Of a stretch of 25,060 nt of DNA, positions 1-9,287 are shown piece after piece (position 1 is the first letter of the stretch; every line of letters begins with the position of its first letter). Source of the DNA: a virus (Duplodnaviria; Caudoviricetes); the IMG/VR virus record IMGVR_UViG_3300020045_010528, positions 1 to 25,060 of that record. One strand, written 5' to 3'. Position numbers and translations under genes: made by a program. Under the pieces are notes generated by a model that searched no databases, was not told where the DNA came from, and saw only the letters and a program-made list of their open reading frames with translations.

Positions 1-120
1 CATATTTCCGGAGCAATTTGGAAAGGAGAAGGAGAAGTTGTTGGTGATTTAGTGATTGATACAAATACTGCTCAAATGCCAATTAAGGTATCTGGAGGAG
101 GAAAATTAGAAGAAATTTAA
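1..120 (+). CDS. C-terminal fragment of probable tail tube protein (partial, runs off the window edge)
   Basis: Frame 1 is open from base 1 (HISGAIWKGEGEVVGDLVIDTNTAQMPIKVSGGGKLEEI*, TAA 118-120). It lies directly upstream of the chaperone and tape measure genes, the usual tube position. Confidence 0.6.
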   Translation, partial: HISGAIWKGEGEVVGDLVIDTNTAQMPIKVSGGGKLEEI

Positions 121-138
121 ACCTAATAAATTAGAAGT

Positions 139-558
139 ATGGAAACTGTTAATAAAGTATCAAAAGAAGTTGCTTTAGAAGAATTGCAATCATTCGTGGA
201 AGAAAACATCTTTAAAAGGTTGGAAAATGAAGAATTAGAGGATAATTATCCTCAAGTTCTTTCAGCTATGATGTCAGGTCATTTAACGCTTGGAGAAGAA
301 CCTGAATACAAATTACAACAACCTGTTAAATCCACAAATGGAGAAACTGTGGTTTTAGAAAGAGTAAAATTTAAAACTAGAATCACGGTTGGAGAAAAAA
401 CCAAATTAGCTAAAGGTGTTGATATGAAAGGTGAAGCTTTGAAGTATTCATACGCTTGTATGGCTTTTGTAATGAGTTTACAAAGTACATCTTATTTGGA
501 TAGATTCACAAAATACGACCTAAGAGTATGTGAACAGCTTTCAACGCTTTTTGTATAA
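139..558 (+). CDS. Tail assembly chaperone (gpG/gpE-like)
   Basis: 139-aa ORF between tube and tape measure; ends at a T-run (CTTTTTG) followed by an open -1 frame. Confidence 0.75.
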   Translation: METVNKVSKEVALEELQSFVEENIFKRLENEELEDNYPQVLSAMMSGHLTLGEEPEYKLQQPVKSTNGETVVLERVKFKTRITVGEKTKLAKGVDMKGEALKYSYACMAFVMSLQSTSYLDRFTKYDLRVCEQLSTLFV

Positions 559-728
559 CGCTCAACCAAGACATTTCAGCCGCCGTTATTACGGTGGCTA
601 GGTCTTTTAGTTGGGCATCACCACAGTACATAGAATCTATGTTTATTGACAGAATTGATATACATGGAATTTGGTATTGGTTTGATGATGTAAAAGCACA
701 GCACGAAAAAATACCTAAACCTAAATAA
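549..728 (+). CDS. -1 frameshift extension of the tail assembly chaperone (gpGT/gpE+E'-like)
   Basis: The -1 frame from the TTTTT run (548-552) reads FCITLNQDISAAVITVARSFSWASPQYIESMFIDRIDIHGIWYWFDDVKAQHEKIPKPK* to TAA 726-728, filling the gap before the tape measure gene. It has no start codon at its 5' end. Confidence 0.7.
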   Translation, partial: FCITLNQDISAAVITVARSFSWASPQYIESMFIDRIDIHGIWYWFDDVKAQHEKIPKPK

Positions 729-738
729 AACAAACTTA

Positions 739-2673
739 ATGGGAGCCGCAACATTAAAAGTACCTACTATATTTCAAGCAGTTGACCGTATGTCAACCGT
801 TTACGATAAGATGGGAAAAAAAGGAGAATCCTTCCAAAAAAAGCTTATGAGAGTAGGAAACGCCGCCGCAATTGCTGGTGGTGTTGTAGTTGCTCCTATG
901 GCATTAGCGATTAATAACGCTATCAAGTTTGAAGATAAAATGGCAGATATTGCAAAGACCACAGGTCTTTCAGGAAAGCCATTAGAAAAATACGGTAATT
1001 CTTTGTTAGATATGTCAAAGAAAACCAGGACTTCTATTTCTGAACTACAGGATATAGGAATTGTCGGAGGTACTTTAGGCGTACCTAAAGAACAATTAGA
1101 AGCTTTTACTAAATCAGCGGATTTATTTGCTATTGCACTTGGAGAAGATTTCGGAGGTGTTGATACTGCTGTTACTCAGGTTTCAAAAATCAAAAACCTA
1201 TTTAAAGAAACAAGGGATTTAGACTATGCTCAAGTAATTACTAAAGCAGGTTCTGCTATAAATGAATTATCAAATAAAGCAGGTTCTGCTTCAAACATCA
1301 ATGATTTTGTTTTAAGGATGGGTGCTTTGCCGGATGCTATAAAACCATCTTTGCAAATGACAGCCGCACTTGGTGCATTCTTAGAAGAAGCAGGTGTTAA
1401 TTCTGAAATAGCCGCTTCTGGTTTTGCTAATTTGATGGCTAAAGCAGGTGATAGTTTACCTAAGTTTGCAAAACAAATGGGTATGACTGAATCAGCCGCT
1501 AAACAGCTTTATAATACCGACCCAGCCGCTTTTGCTCTTAAATTTTCAAAATCTTTCAAAGGAATGAAAGGTACCGAAGTTAATAAAACTTTTGATGCTT
1601 TAAAAATTAATTCAGTTGAAGTTATGAAGTTGGTTGGAGCGTTAGGAAGTGATGCAGAAGGTTCAGAAAAATCATTGATGAATTTAGGGTTAACTTCTGC
1701 AAAAGCTTTTGAAAAAGGTGCTTCTATTGCTGATGAAGCGGCTAAGAAAAACGAAACCAAAGCCGCTCAATTAAAACAAATGCAAAACAATATAGAAGCT
1801 TTTTCTATCATTGTTGGTACTCAATTATTACCAGTCTTAGGGCAGATACTTCAAAAAGTAACGCCAGTTGTTTCATCGTTTGTAGATTGGGCCGCTAATA
1901 GCCCTAATCTTGCTTCAAATTTGATGTTAGTAGCTGGAGCTTTAGGAAGTATTTGGGTAGTTACTAGATTAGTAGCTATTTGGACTGCTTTAAGTTCTGT
2001 GGCTATGGGAATAGCGGCTGTAAATGCAGGTGCTATGTCTTTGAATATGAAAGGAAATGCAATAGCAATTGGTACTTATAATGTTGCAACTAAATTGATG
2101 GCTGCTGGTACTTGGATTGCCACTGCCGCTACTACTGCTTTTGGCATCGCTATGAATCTTGGTTTATGGCCTATACTTGCAATAATAGCCGCGGTAGCCG
2201 CTATAATAGCTGTATTTTATTATTGGGATGAAATATGTGCTTGGTTCGGAAAACAATGGGACGCTTTTACAGGTATGATTGGAGGAGTTTGGGATTCATT
2301 AGTTTCTTGGTTTCAGGAATTTTCTTTTGTTGATTTCTTCCAAAATATCTTTGCTTGCATCGTTGATTATATGCTTTTTCCTTTGAAAACAGTTTTGAAG
2401 TTAGTAGCTATGATTCCAGGAGGTATAGGTGAAGCCGCACAGGCAGGACTTGACAAACTTAATACCTTAACTGATTTTCACGTAAAAGCCGACGCCGCTG
2501 AACCTTTAGATTCACCATCCGTAGCAAATCAAAGAGCAACCAACGAATCTATAAAAACACAAAGAAATACTATTGATATGAACATAAACGATAAAGGAAA
2601 TAATGTCGGTTCAGTATCATCATCAGGTCCTTTAAACATACCTATAAAAACTACTTCAACATCACAATGGTAA
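739..2673 (+). CDS. Tail tape measure protein (TP901-family core)
   Basis: 644 aa, Ala/Gly-rich and helical. FEDKMADIAKTTG-type N-terminal core, hydrophobic mid-C-terminal segments, Trp-spaced repeats, and position after the chaperone. Confidence 0.92.
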   Translation: MGAATLKVPTIFQAVDRMSTVYDKMGKKGESFQKKLMRVGNAAAIAGGVVVAPMALAINNAIKFEDKMADIAKTTGLSGKPLEKYGNSLLDMSKKTRTSISELQDIGIVGGTLGVPKEQLEAFTKSADLFAIALGEDFGGVDTAVTQVSKIKNLFKETRDLDYAQVITKAGSAINELSNKAGSASNINDFVLRMGALPDAIKPSLQMTAALGAFLEEAGVNSEIAASGFANLMAKAGDSLPKFAKQMGMTESAAKQLYNTDPAAFALKFSKSFKGMKGTEVNKTFDALKINSVEVMKLVGALGSDAEGSEKSLMNLGLTSAKAFEKGASIADEAAKKNETKAAQLKQMQNNIEAFSIIVGTQLLPVLGQILQKVTPVVSSFVDWAANSPNLASNLMLVAGALGSIWVVTRLVAIWTALSSVAMGIAAVNAGAMSLNMKGNAIAIGTYNVATKLMAAGTWIATAATTAFGIAMNLGLWPILAIIAAVAAIIAVFYYWDEICAWFGKQWDAFTGMIGGVWDSLVSWFQEFSFVDFFQNIFACIVDYMLFPLKTVLKLVAMIPGGIGEAAQAGLDKLNTLTDFHVKADAAEPLDSPSVANQRATNESIKTQRNTIDMNINDKGNNVGSVSSSGPLNIPIKTTSTSQW

Positions 2674-3146
2674 CAAAAGATTTTTTAATATTTGAATCAG
2701 GAAACGGAGGAGAATTAGGTATTTTCAATAAAGATATTTCTTTTGTTGAAAAACTATATTATCAAATCTATTTAAGGTTATTTGGAGGAAATGTTGAGGC
2801 ATCGACAAAGGGAAATGAATTGCCAAATGAAGTGCGTTTGGATTGGTGGGGAAATTCTTTATTTTTTAAAAATAGACCTTCAAAACAATTTAATTCTGAA
2901 ACTGAAAGAACTTTAAAATCAGTTGCTTTAAATAGTGTTGGAAGAACGGTTATAAATCAAGCTATTGAAAACGATCTTAAGTATTTTAGAAATATTGCTA
3001 AAATAAATGTAAATACGCTACTTTTAAGCGCAAATAAAGTAGAAATGCAGATTACTATCAATCAAGATAAAAACGCTTCTAACAGCTATTTAAAATTGAT
3101 TTGGGATAATGCTAAAAATGAAATTGTAACATCACAAATAATATGA
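2667..3146 (+). CDS. Baseplate protein, Mu gp46-like
   Basis: 159 aa with LRLFGGN...DWWGNS motif, directly upstream of the baseplate J-like gene. Confidence 0.7.
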   Translation: MVTKDFLIFESGNGGELGIFNKDISFVEKLYYQIYLRLFGGNVEASTKGNELPNEVRLDWWGNSLFFKNRPSKQFNSETERTLKSVALNSVGRTVINQAIENDLKYFRNIAKINVNTLLLSANKVEMQITINQDKNASNSYLKLIWDNAKNEIVTSQII

Positions 3147-4318
3147 GAGCAGTACCAACAACTATTCAACTAAAAGACAAACTGGCTTCTGATTTCAGGC
3201 AAGCTTTTGGATTTCAAGAAGATGAAAATGTGGATAATATTGAAGCAGTTGCTTCGGTATTGGCTGCTCAATTTAAAACCATGTATTTGTACGTAGTAGA
3301 TAATAGGAACAATCAATATCCTGATACTGCTGATTTAGCTATAAACGGAGGAGAACTTGAAAGGCTTGGAAATATATTTCTTAATCGAGAACCAAACAAA
3401 GCTACTGAAGGAGTTTATAAGTTATCTTTAACTGGAACATCAGGTGCTATATTAAGACCTTCTTTAACTTTTAAATCTTCTGAAAATTCATTTTCTCCAG
3501 GTCAATTATTTATACTGGATGAAGAATATGAAATGACAGGTATTGATGATATTATTGAAGTTCGTTCATTAGGTTTAGGATTAAGTTTTCTTTTGAATGT
3601 TACTGATAAATTAACAGTAACAGAACCTGTTTTAGGTTTGAATCAAGAAGCAGAAGTTACAGAAGTTATATCTGCTCCTTTGTCAGAAGAACCTATTGAA
3701 AATTATAGAAGAAATATCAATGATGCTATACAATTAGAAACTACTGGTGGTTCTAAATCTGATTATAGATTTTGGGCACAGGATGTTCAAGGAGTTAGAT
3801 ATATTTTTCCTTATGTAAAACAGAATGAAGCTGGTACTATTCAAATATTTATTGAAGCTACAAAAGCTGATTCAATTGATGGAAAAGGTACTCCTTCACA
3901 AGATATGATTGATGCAGTTATTGAGGTTTTAAATTTTGACCCGGATGATACTCAAATTACAGCTTTTAGAGGACGCCGACCTATGCAAGCTAATTTAGAG
4001 CCAGGTCCTATTACTTTGATTCCTGTAGATGTTGAAATTACAGGAATGACCGATACTAACGCTTCTACATTGCAAGCTATTACAACTAATTTAGAATCTT
4101 ATTTAGAAGATATTAGACCTTTTATAGCGGCAGGACAGCTTTTAAGAACCAAGAATGATGTTCTTTTATCTGCTAAACTTTCAGGAGTAGTTTCAGATGT
4201 TATTGGTAATTCAAATTATTTTACCAACTTTGTTATGAAAGTTGATGGAAATGAATTGAATTTTTACAATTTTTCTTTTTCTAACATTCCTTATTTTAGG
4301 AATTTAATAATTCTGTAA
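3143..4318 (+). CDS. Baseplate J-like wedge protein (Mu gp47-like)
   Basis: 391 aa; YPDTAD, LERLG, E..E.YR, GGSKSDYRFWAQDVQGV and GTIQIFI motifs typical of Baseplate_J. Confidence 0.88.
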   Translation: MRAVPTTIQLKDKLASDFRQAFGFQEDENVDNIEAVASVLAAQFKTMYLYVVDNRNNQYPDTADLAINGGELERLGNIFLNREPNKATEGVYKLSLTGTSGAILRPSLTFKSSENSFSPGQLFILDEEYEMTGIDDIIEVRSLGLGLSFLLNVTDKLTVTEPVLGLNQEAEVTEVISAPLSEEPIENYRRNINDAIQLETTGGSKSDYRFWAQDVQGVRYIFPYVKQNEAGTIQIFIEATKADSIDGKGTPSQDMIDAVIEVLNFDPDDTQITAFRGRRPMQANLEPGPITLIPVDVEITGMTDTNASTLQAITTNLESYLEDIRPFIAAGQLLRTKNDVLLSAKLSGVVSDVIGNSNYFTNFVMKVDGNELNFYNFSFSNIPYFRNLIIL

Positions 4319-4319
4319 T

Positions 4320-5111
4320 ATGCCGGTAACTAATGAAGATACTCAATTTGGATTCGGAACTGAATTTGGTTTTGATACTTTCTTTAAATTCCCTAATGAT
4401 TCCAATACGAATCTAAATCTTCTTTTAGGTATGGTTTCTGATTTATACCCAACAGGTAGAGTTTGGAACCTTAATGAAAAATCTGATTTCAATAAATTTC
4501 ATACTGCAATAAATAAATCATTTTCTGACCTTATTGATTTTAGTTCTTCATTGATTGATTCAATGATTCCTGACAATGAAAATTTTGATTCAGAAGATGC
4601 TACTTGGCTAGAATATAACTTAGGTTTAACAACCAACGAATCTTTGCCTTTATCTTTAAGAAAGTCAAATCTTTTAACTAAATTAGCATATCCAAATAAT
4701 AGAACTGCAAGACAACATTATTTGTATATTGAAAAAGTTTTGAATGATTACGGTTTTGATGTAAAAGTATATGAAAACCTATTTTATAATTTAGATGGAA
4801 GCGTTTACTATGTACCTCCTCAAGATGTAATATTAACCTCTCCAGGAATTACACAACACGGAGGAGATACACAACACGGAGGCGCAACCCAACATGGTTT
4901 CGGCTCTTATAGTGTAATAGCTAATTCAATGTTTGATGAAGAATATAATATAGGTGGCTTGCAAAATTTATGGGCTACTTTTTATATAGGTGGAGCTACT
5001 TTTGGTGATATTGCAATAATACCAGAATCAAGAAAAACAGAATTTAGAGAATTGGTTTTAAAATTAAAACCTGCACATTTAATCGCTTACACACTAATAG
5101 ACTTTCAATAA
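4320..5111 (+). CDS. Baseplate wedge protein, Mu gp48/YmfQ-like
   Basis: LYPTGRVW motif, WLEYNLGL and C-terminal KLKPAH; follows baseplate J. Confidence 0.72.
   Translation: MPVTNEDTQFGFGTEFGFDTFFKFPNDSNTNLNLLLGMVSDLYPTGRVWNLNEKSDFNKFHTAINKSFSDLIDFSSSLIDSMIPDNENFDSEDATWLEYNLGLTTNESLPLSLRKSNLLTKLAYPNNRTARQHYLYIEKVLNDYGFDVKVYENLFYNLDGSVYYVPPQDVILTSPGITQHGGDTQHGGATQHGFGSYSVIANSMFDEEYNIGGLQNLWATFYIGGATFGDIAIIPESRKTEFRELVLKLKPAHLIAYTLIDFQ
4851..4904 (+). repeat. Three imperfect 18-bp tandem repeats encoding TQHGGD/TQHGGA/TQHGFG
   Basis: acacaacacggaggagat acacaacacggaggcgca acccaacatggtttcggc. Confidence 0.85.
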
Positions 5112-5113
5112 TC

Positions 5114-6076
5114 ATGGCAAGAAGTTTAGCTATACAACCAAATTTAAATAATTCTGACCCAGCCAATTACCCGCTAGGAAGAATTAAAGACAATACAGGA
5201 TTTCAAGATGGAACCGCTGTTGATGAATCTGTTTATGGAGATATACACCAGAACCTTATAAAAATAATGTTGGATGCTGGTTTTGTTTATAACGGACAGC
5301 CTGACAATGTTACTAATGGTTATCAGTTGTATGAGGCTTTAATGTCTTTAGCAGGTAAAAATGATTTAATCAAGCAGATAACTATTTTAAATGCTACTAC
5401 TTTAAATGTACCAATTAAAATTCAAACTCTTAAAATAGATGAAGCTGTTACATTTGTATCTAATTTTGATTCAGATGTAACGCACGTTCTTATAAGAGGT
5501 ACAGATTTAACACCTAAAGCTTTAACTATAACAGGAGATTTCAAAGCAGGTCAAAAAGTTCAAATTTTAAATAAACTTGCTACTATTGAAATTTATGGAT
5601 TGTATGATTCATCATATATTTCTGACCTTAAAGATAGATTTGAAACTTTAGAAGCATCTATTTTAACTTTTGTTCAAAAATTATCTATATTTACAGTAGG
5701 TGGCGCTATGTTTATTTGGAACAAACCATTAAACGAAATTCCAGACGGGTATCAAGAAGTACTTGATTTTAAAGGTAAAACTGTTTTTGGTTTCGATGTC
5801 ACAAATCCTTTATTTAATGTAATAGGTGCTGGAGGAGGTAGTGTTACTAAAACAATTGCTAAAGCTAATTTACCAAACGTTAAATTGAAAGTTTTTCCTT
5901 CCGGTGATAGATACGGAGAAAATGGAGTTCCTCAAGCGGGATTTTTCAGTTCAAGTGGTGATAGTAGTTCCGGAGGTTCTACTTTTGTAGAAACAGAAGC
6001 TTTAGGTTCTGGAACTGCATTAGACGTTTTAAACCCTTACCGAATTGTAGCTTTCATTGAATGGGCTACTGTATAA
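5114..6076 (+). CDS. Tail fibre/baseplate protein with C-terminal collar-like (T4 gp10/gp12-type) domain
   Basis: N-terminal fibre anchor (GQPDNVTNGYQLYEAL); C-terminal GAMFIWN..IPDGY..DFKGKTVFG..GGSVTKTIAKANLP..LNPYRIVAFI pattern. Confidence 0.7.
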   Translation: MARSLAIQPNLNNSDPANYPLGRIKDNTGFQDGTAVDESVYGDIHQNLIKIMLDAGFVYNGQPDNVTNGYQLYEALMSLAGKNDLIKQITILNATTLNVPIKIQTLKIDEAVTFVSNFDSDVTHVLIRGTDLTPKALTITGDFKAGQKVQILNKLATIEIYGLYDSSYISDLKDRFETLEASILTFVQKLSIFTVGGAMFIWNKPLNEIPDGYQEVLDFKGKTVFGFDVTNPLFNVIGAGGGSVTKTIAKANLPNVKLKVFPSGDRYGENGVPQAGFFSSSGDSSSGGSTFVETEALGSGTALDVLNPYRIVAFIEWATV

Positions 6077-6088
6077 AAAATTAATCAA

Positions 6089-7282
6089 ATGAGAAACTTA
6101 ACCCACTTACCTGAAGGAACTCCTATTAATAATAATTTTGCATTATTGCCTTTTGGAGGTATAAAAAATAGAACTGAAACAGAAGCTGGTACACCTGTTG
6201 TAGAAGAAAACATTGGTGATATTTTATCTTCTGTTTATGAAATTATGAAAAAGTCAAAAGTGGCTTTTAATGGTTTGCAAGATAATGAGGAAAATGGGTA
6301 TCAATTAATTGAAGCTTTAGGTTTATTCAGTAATGAATTAAATGACAGCGTACCTTTATTAATTAAAACAGGAAATATTTTTTCAATACCTATTAATTTA
6401 ACAATATTACCTGATAATTATCCTATTTTAGTAAAAGCTTCTGATACTTATATTTCTGATGGAGTTCCTGTTACTTTCAAGGGTAACGGAGTTGGTTTAG
6501 AAAATGATGTTGAATACACATTTAGTCCATCTTCTTTTATTTCAGGTGAAATATTGCTTTTAATCATTGACTTTGTAACCACTGATGTCAGAATGATTAA
6601 TATCACTAATCCAGCTTCATCTTTAACTTTACAAGAAATTTTTCCAAATTTCGGAACTCCTATTCGTTACAATAATTCAGGAATTATTTGGTATGAATCA
6701 GAAGGTCATATTTTTAATGACAAACCTGAAACTTTTAACCTTAACGGTCAAATAAGCGCCGCTTATGGAAAAACTACTCATATAAAAGATTCATTTATTT
6801 CAGGTAAACATATTTACTGCCTTGTTTATTTTCCTGATGAAATAACTTATTTAATGGTAAGAGTTCAATTGGATAATATTTCTTTGATTAATACAATGTC
6901 AGGAATAGTATTTCCTGAAGGTATTGATAGAAATCCATATATCTATACTGATGGATTAAATTTATGGATTACTAATAAAGGTGGTGATGATGTTGATGAT
7001 AAGCTTTTAGTAAAATATACTATAAATGGATTGAATTTAATTTACATTAGTGAAATTGAATTAGGAACTCCTTTTGATAAGTCAACCAATTCTGTTATTC
7101 ACAATGGAAAACTATATACATTCATTTTAAACGATTTAAAGCAATATAATTTAGCCACTGGAGAATTGATACAGGGAAGCGTGTTTAAATCAAATGTAGG
7201 CGCTCTAATCTCTTTTAATAACGTTATTTATCACGTTGTTTCAGGAGTTGGGAAACGTTGGAATTTACCTAATTTAATTTAA
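6089..7282 (+). CDS. Second tail fibre / receptor-binding protein
   Basis: N-terminus is paralogous to the preceding gene (GLQDNEENGYQLIEAL); C-terminal half is beta-rich and propeller-like. Confidence 0.6.
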   Translation: MRNLTHLPEGTPINNNFALLPFGGIKNRTETEAGTPVVEENIGDILSSVYEIMKKSKVAFNGLQDNEENGYQLIEALGLFSNELNDSVPLLIKTGNIFSIPINLTILPDNYPILVKASDTYISDGVPVTFKGNGVGLENDVEYTFSPSSFISGEILLLIIDFVTTDVRMINITNPASSLTLQEIFPNFGTPIRYNNSGIIWYESEGHIFNDKPETFNLNGQISAAYGKTTHIKDSFISGKHIYCLVYFPDEITYLMVRVQLDNISLINTMSGIVFPEGIDRNPYIYTDGLNLWITNKGGDDVDDKLLVKYTINGLNLIYISEIELGTPFDKSTNSVIHNGKLYTFILNDLKQYNLATGELIQGSVFKSNVGALISFNNVIYHVVSGVGKRWNLPNLI

Positions 7283-7283
7283 A

Positions 7284-8042
7284 ATGGCGCACGCTCCAAT
7301 AAAAGTAGATGTTGATTCTTCTGCAATGGCTGAATATAGTCAGAAAATGCGAAAAATAAACCGTACTGCTTTACCTGTAGCAATTAGAAACACATTAAAC
7401 GGAGCGGCTTTCCTTGATAAAAAAACTAATTTTCCAGGTTCAGCATCTAGGAACTTTCCTAACGGAAAAAATAAAACATTTTTTAAGCGTTATACAGGTG
7501 TTAAAAAAGCAGTTGGATATGATGTTAATAAAATGGTATCTGAAATGGGAATGATGGATATGGGTAATAAGTCTGTCAGAACCGCTTTAGAGAATATGAG
7601 AAAGCAAGAAGCAGGAGGAATTATAGATACTGGTTTTTCTTATTTGAAAGAAGCAAGAGGTGGAAAGGAACATGGAAAAGTTAGGACTGCAAATTATTAT
7701 GATAAATCAAAAGTAATTTCAGGACGTTCAAAAGCAGGCAGAAATAAAGGTACTAATAAATCTAAATTTGTAGCACGTGCTTTTAGAGCGAAAAAGGAAA
7801 AAAAACCAATGTTTTTTAATTCGATGAAAGGTAATTTTTTAGTATCTGTTAAGAAAATTAAAAAGAATGGTAGAGATACAGTAGAAATTGATTTTAAACT
7901 TTTGATGAAAGAAAGGAAAGATAAACCAGCTAAAATAAAAGCAACAAATTTTGTTTTAGAAGCGGCTATTTTAACCCAAAAAGAAATTCCGAAATTGTAT
8001 TTAATTGAAGGAGAAAAACAAATAAAAAGAGCGTTAAGGTAA
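7284..8042 (+). CDS. Basic virion morphogenesis / tail completion protein (lambda gpZ / HK97 gp10-like)
   Basis: Lys/Arg-rich; ALPVAIRNTLNGAAF N-terminal helix and IKATNFVLEAA C-terminal pattern; sits within the tail operon. Confidence 0.5.
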   Translation: MAHAPIKVDVDSSAMAEYSQKMRKINRTALPVAIRNTLNGAAFLDKKTNFPGSASRNFPNGKNKTFFKRYTGVKKAVGYDVNKMVSEMGMMDMGNKSVRTALENMRKQEAGGIIDTGFSYLKEARGGKEHGKVRTANYYDKSKVISGRSKAGRNKGTNKSKFVARAFRAKKEKKPMFFNSMKGNFLVSVKKIKKNGRDTVEIDFKLLMKERKDKPAKIKATNFVLEAAILTQKEIPKLYLIEGEKQIKRALR

Positions 8043-9286
8043 TGAGTGATTGGAATGATAGTATAACTAATAAAGTATTCAGTATAATTACTGGTGACGG
8101 TGAAAAATTTTCACCTCTTTGGAATCCTGAGGAAAAAAGTTTTGATTTTAATACTTCTGAATTTAATTTCATAGGTAAGCCAGGAACTTTGATTGACAGA
8201 AAGGAAGTATCAGGAGCTAAAATTCCTTTGATATTTACGTTTCAAGGTTCGGATGTTTTAGCTGTTTCTGCTAAATTTGAACAATCTTCTAAAGATAAAA
8301 GGTATTGGATAGTCAATCACCCGTATTATGGTACTATTAATGGTCAACCTGTTTCTTTAAATAGAAATGATAAAAGTTATGGAAGCGTTACTTTTTCAGT
8401 AGAATTTTGGGAATCAATTACAGATATATCACCTACAAAAGCCAAATCAGTTGTTGAAGCAATTACCTTAAATTCTATAAAAATAAATACAAATTCAGCT
8501 ACTATATACGCTTCAAAATCTATTCCTAAACCTGCTGATATTTCAACCACTAAAAACAATGTTGAAGTTTCTACATCTTTTATAGATAAGGTAGCTAAAA
8601 ATAAAGAAGTTCTAGCTGAACAGTATTCTGAATACCAAGCTAAAAAGAATAAAACTTTAAGTGATTTGGATAATTTGACCGAACAACCAATATCTGTTAT
8701 AAGTCAAATAAATGACTTTGTAACTACTCCATCCACATTCCCTATTTCAGTTGAAACTCGTTTAAGCTTATATGAAGCGATTTTTAAGCAATTAAAAGAA
8801 GTTCTTTCAATAAATGACAGTAAGACTAATAAAGCTTATTTTGAAGCCGTAGGCGCTTCTATAATAGGCGGAATTTGCGTTTCATTAGTTAATCCTTTAG
8901 CTATTGACTATATCACTAGGTCAAACACCCTTTCTGCCGCTATTCGACTTCAAAATATTTACAGTTCTTATATGCTTAGTTTGGATGATTCTATGATTGG
9001 ATTTGAATCTATAAATAATAATTTCTTTCCTTCAGGTGAGTTGCAGAATACAGTTCAAGAAGTAGTTTTGAATACTTTAGATAATTTATTTTTTGTAGCT
9101 TTTGGTGCAATGCAAGAAAGAGTGGTTTATACTGATAAAGATACAAACCTTATAAAATTAACTCATAAATATATAGGACTGGATGAAGAGGATAAAAATA
9201 TTGAAACCTTTAGACAAATAAATGGAATCAAAAATAAATCTGTTTTCATTGTCAAAAAAAATACAAGAATAACTTATTTGGTATAA
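8042..9286 (+). CDS. Mu gpN-like 'DNA circulation' / tail tube initiator protein
   Basis: 414 aa; N-terminal domain with HPYYG motif, helical middle, LysM-like C-terminus (NLIKLTHKYIG...FRQINGIK); precedes the hub gene. Confidence 0.72.
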   Translation: MSDWNDSITNKVFSIITGDGEKFSPLWNPEEKSFDFNTSEFNFIGKPGTLIDRKEVSGAKIPLIFTFQGSDVLAVSAKFEQSSKDKRYWIVNHPYYGTINGQPVSLNRNDKSYGSVTFSVEFWESITDISPTKAKSVVEAITLNSIKINTNSATIYASKSIPKPADISTTKNNVEVSTSFIDKVAKNKEVLAEQYSEYQAKKNKTLSDLDNLTEQPISVISQINDFVTTPSTFPISVETRLSLYEAIFKQLKEVLSINDSKTNKAYFEAVGASIIGGICVSLVNPLAIDYITRSNTLSAAIRLQNIYSSYMLSLDDSMIGFESINNNFFPSGELQNTVQEVVLNTLDNLFFVAFGAMQERVVYTDKDTNLIKLTHKYIGLDEEDKNIETFRQINGIKNKSVFIVKKNTRITYLV

Positions 9287-9287
9287 A

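Noticed and set aside
506-754. Minus-strand 82-aa ORF
   Set aside because: It is the antisense shadow of the chaperone frameshift extension; the plus-strand -1 frame explains the region better.
5114-7282. Invertible fibre cassette or diversity-generating retroelement target
   Set aside because: No invertase or reverse transcriptase gene, flanking inverted repeats or template/variable repeat pair was visible in the window.
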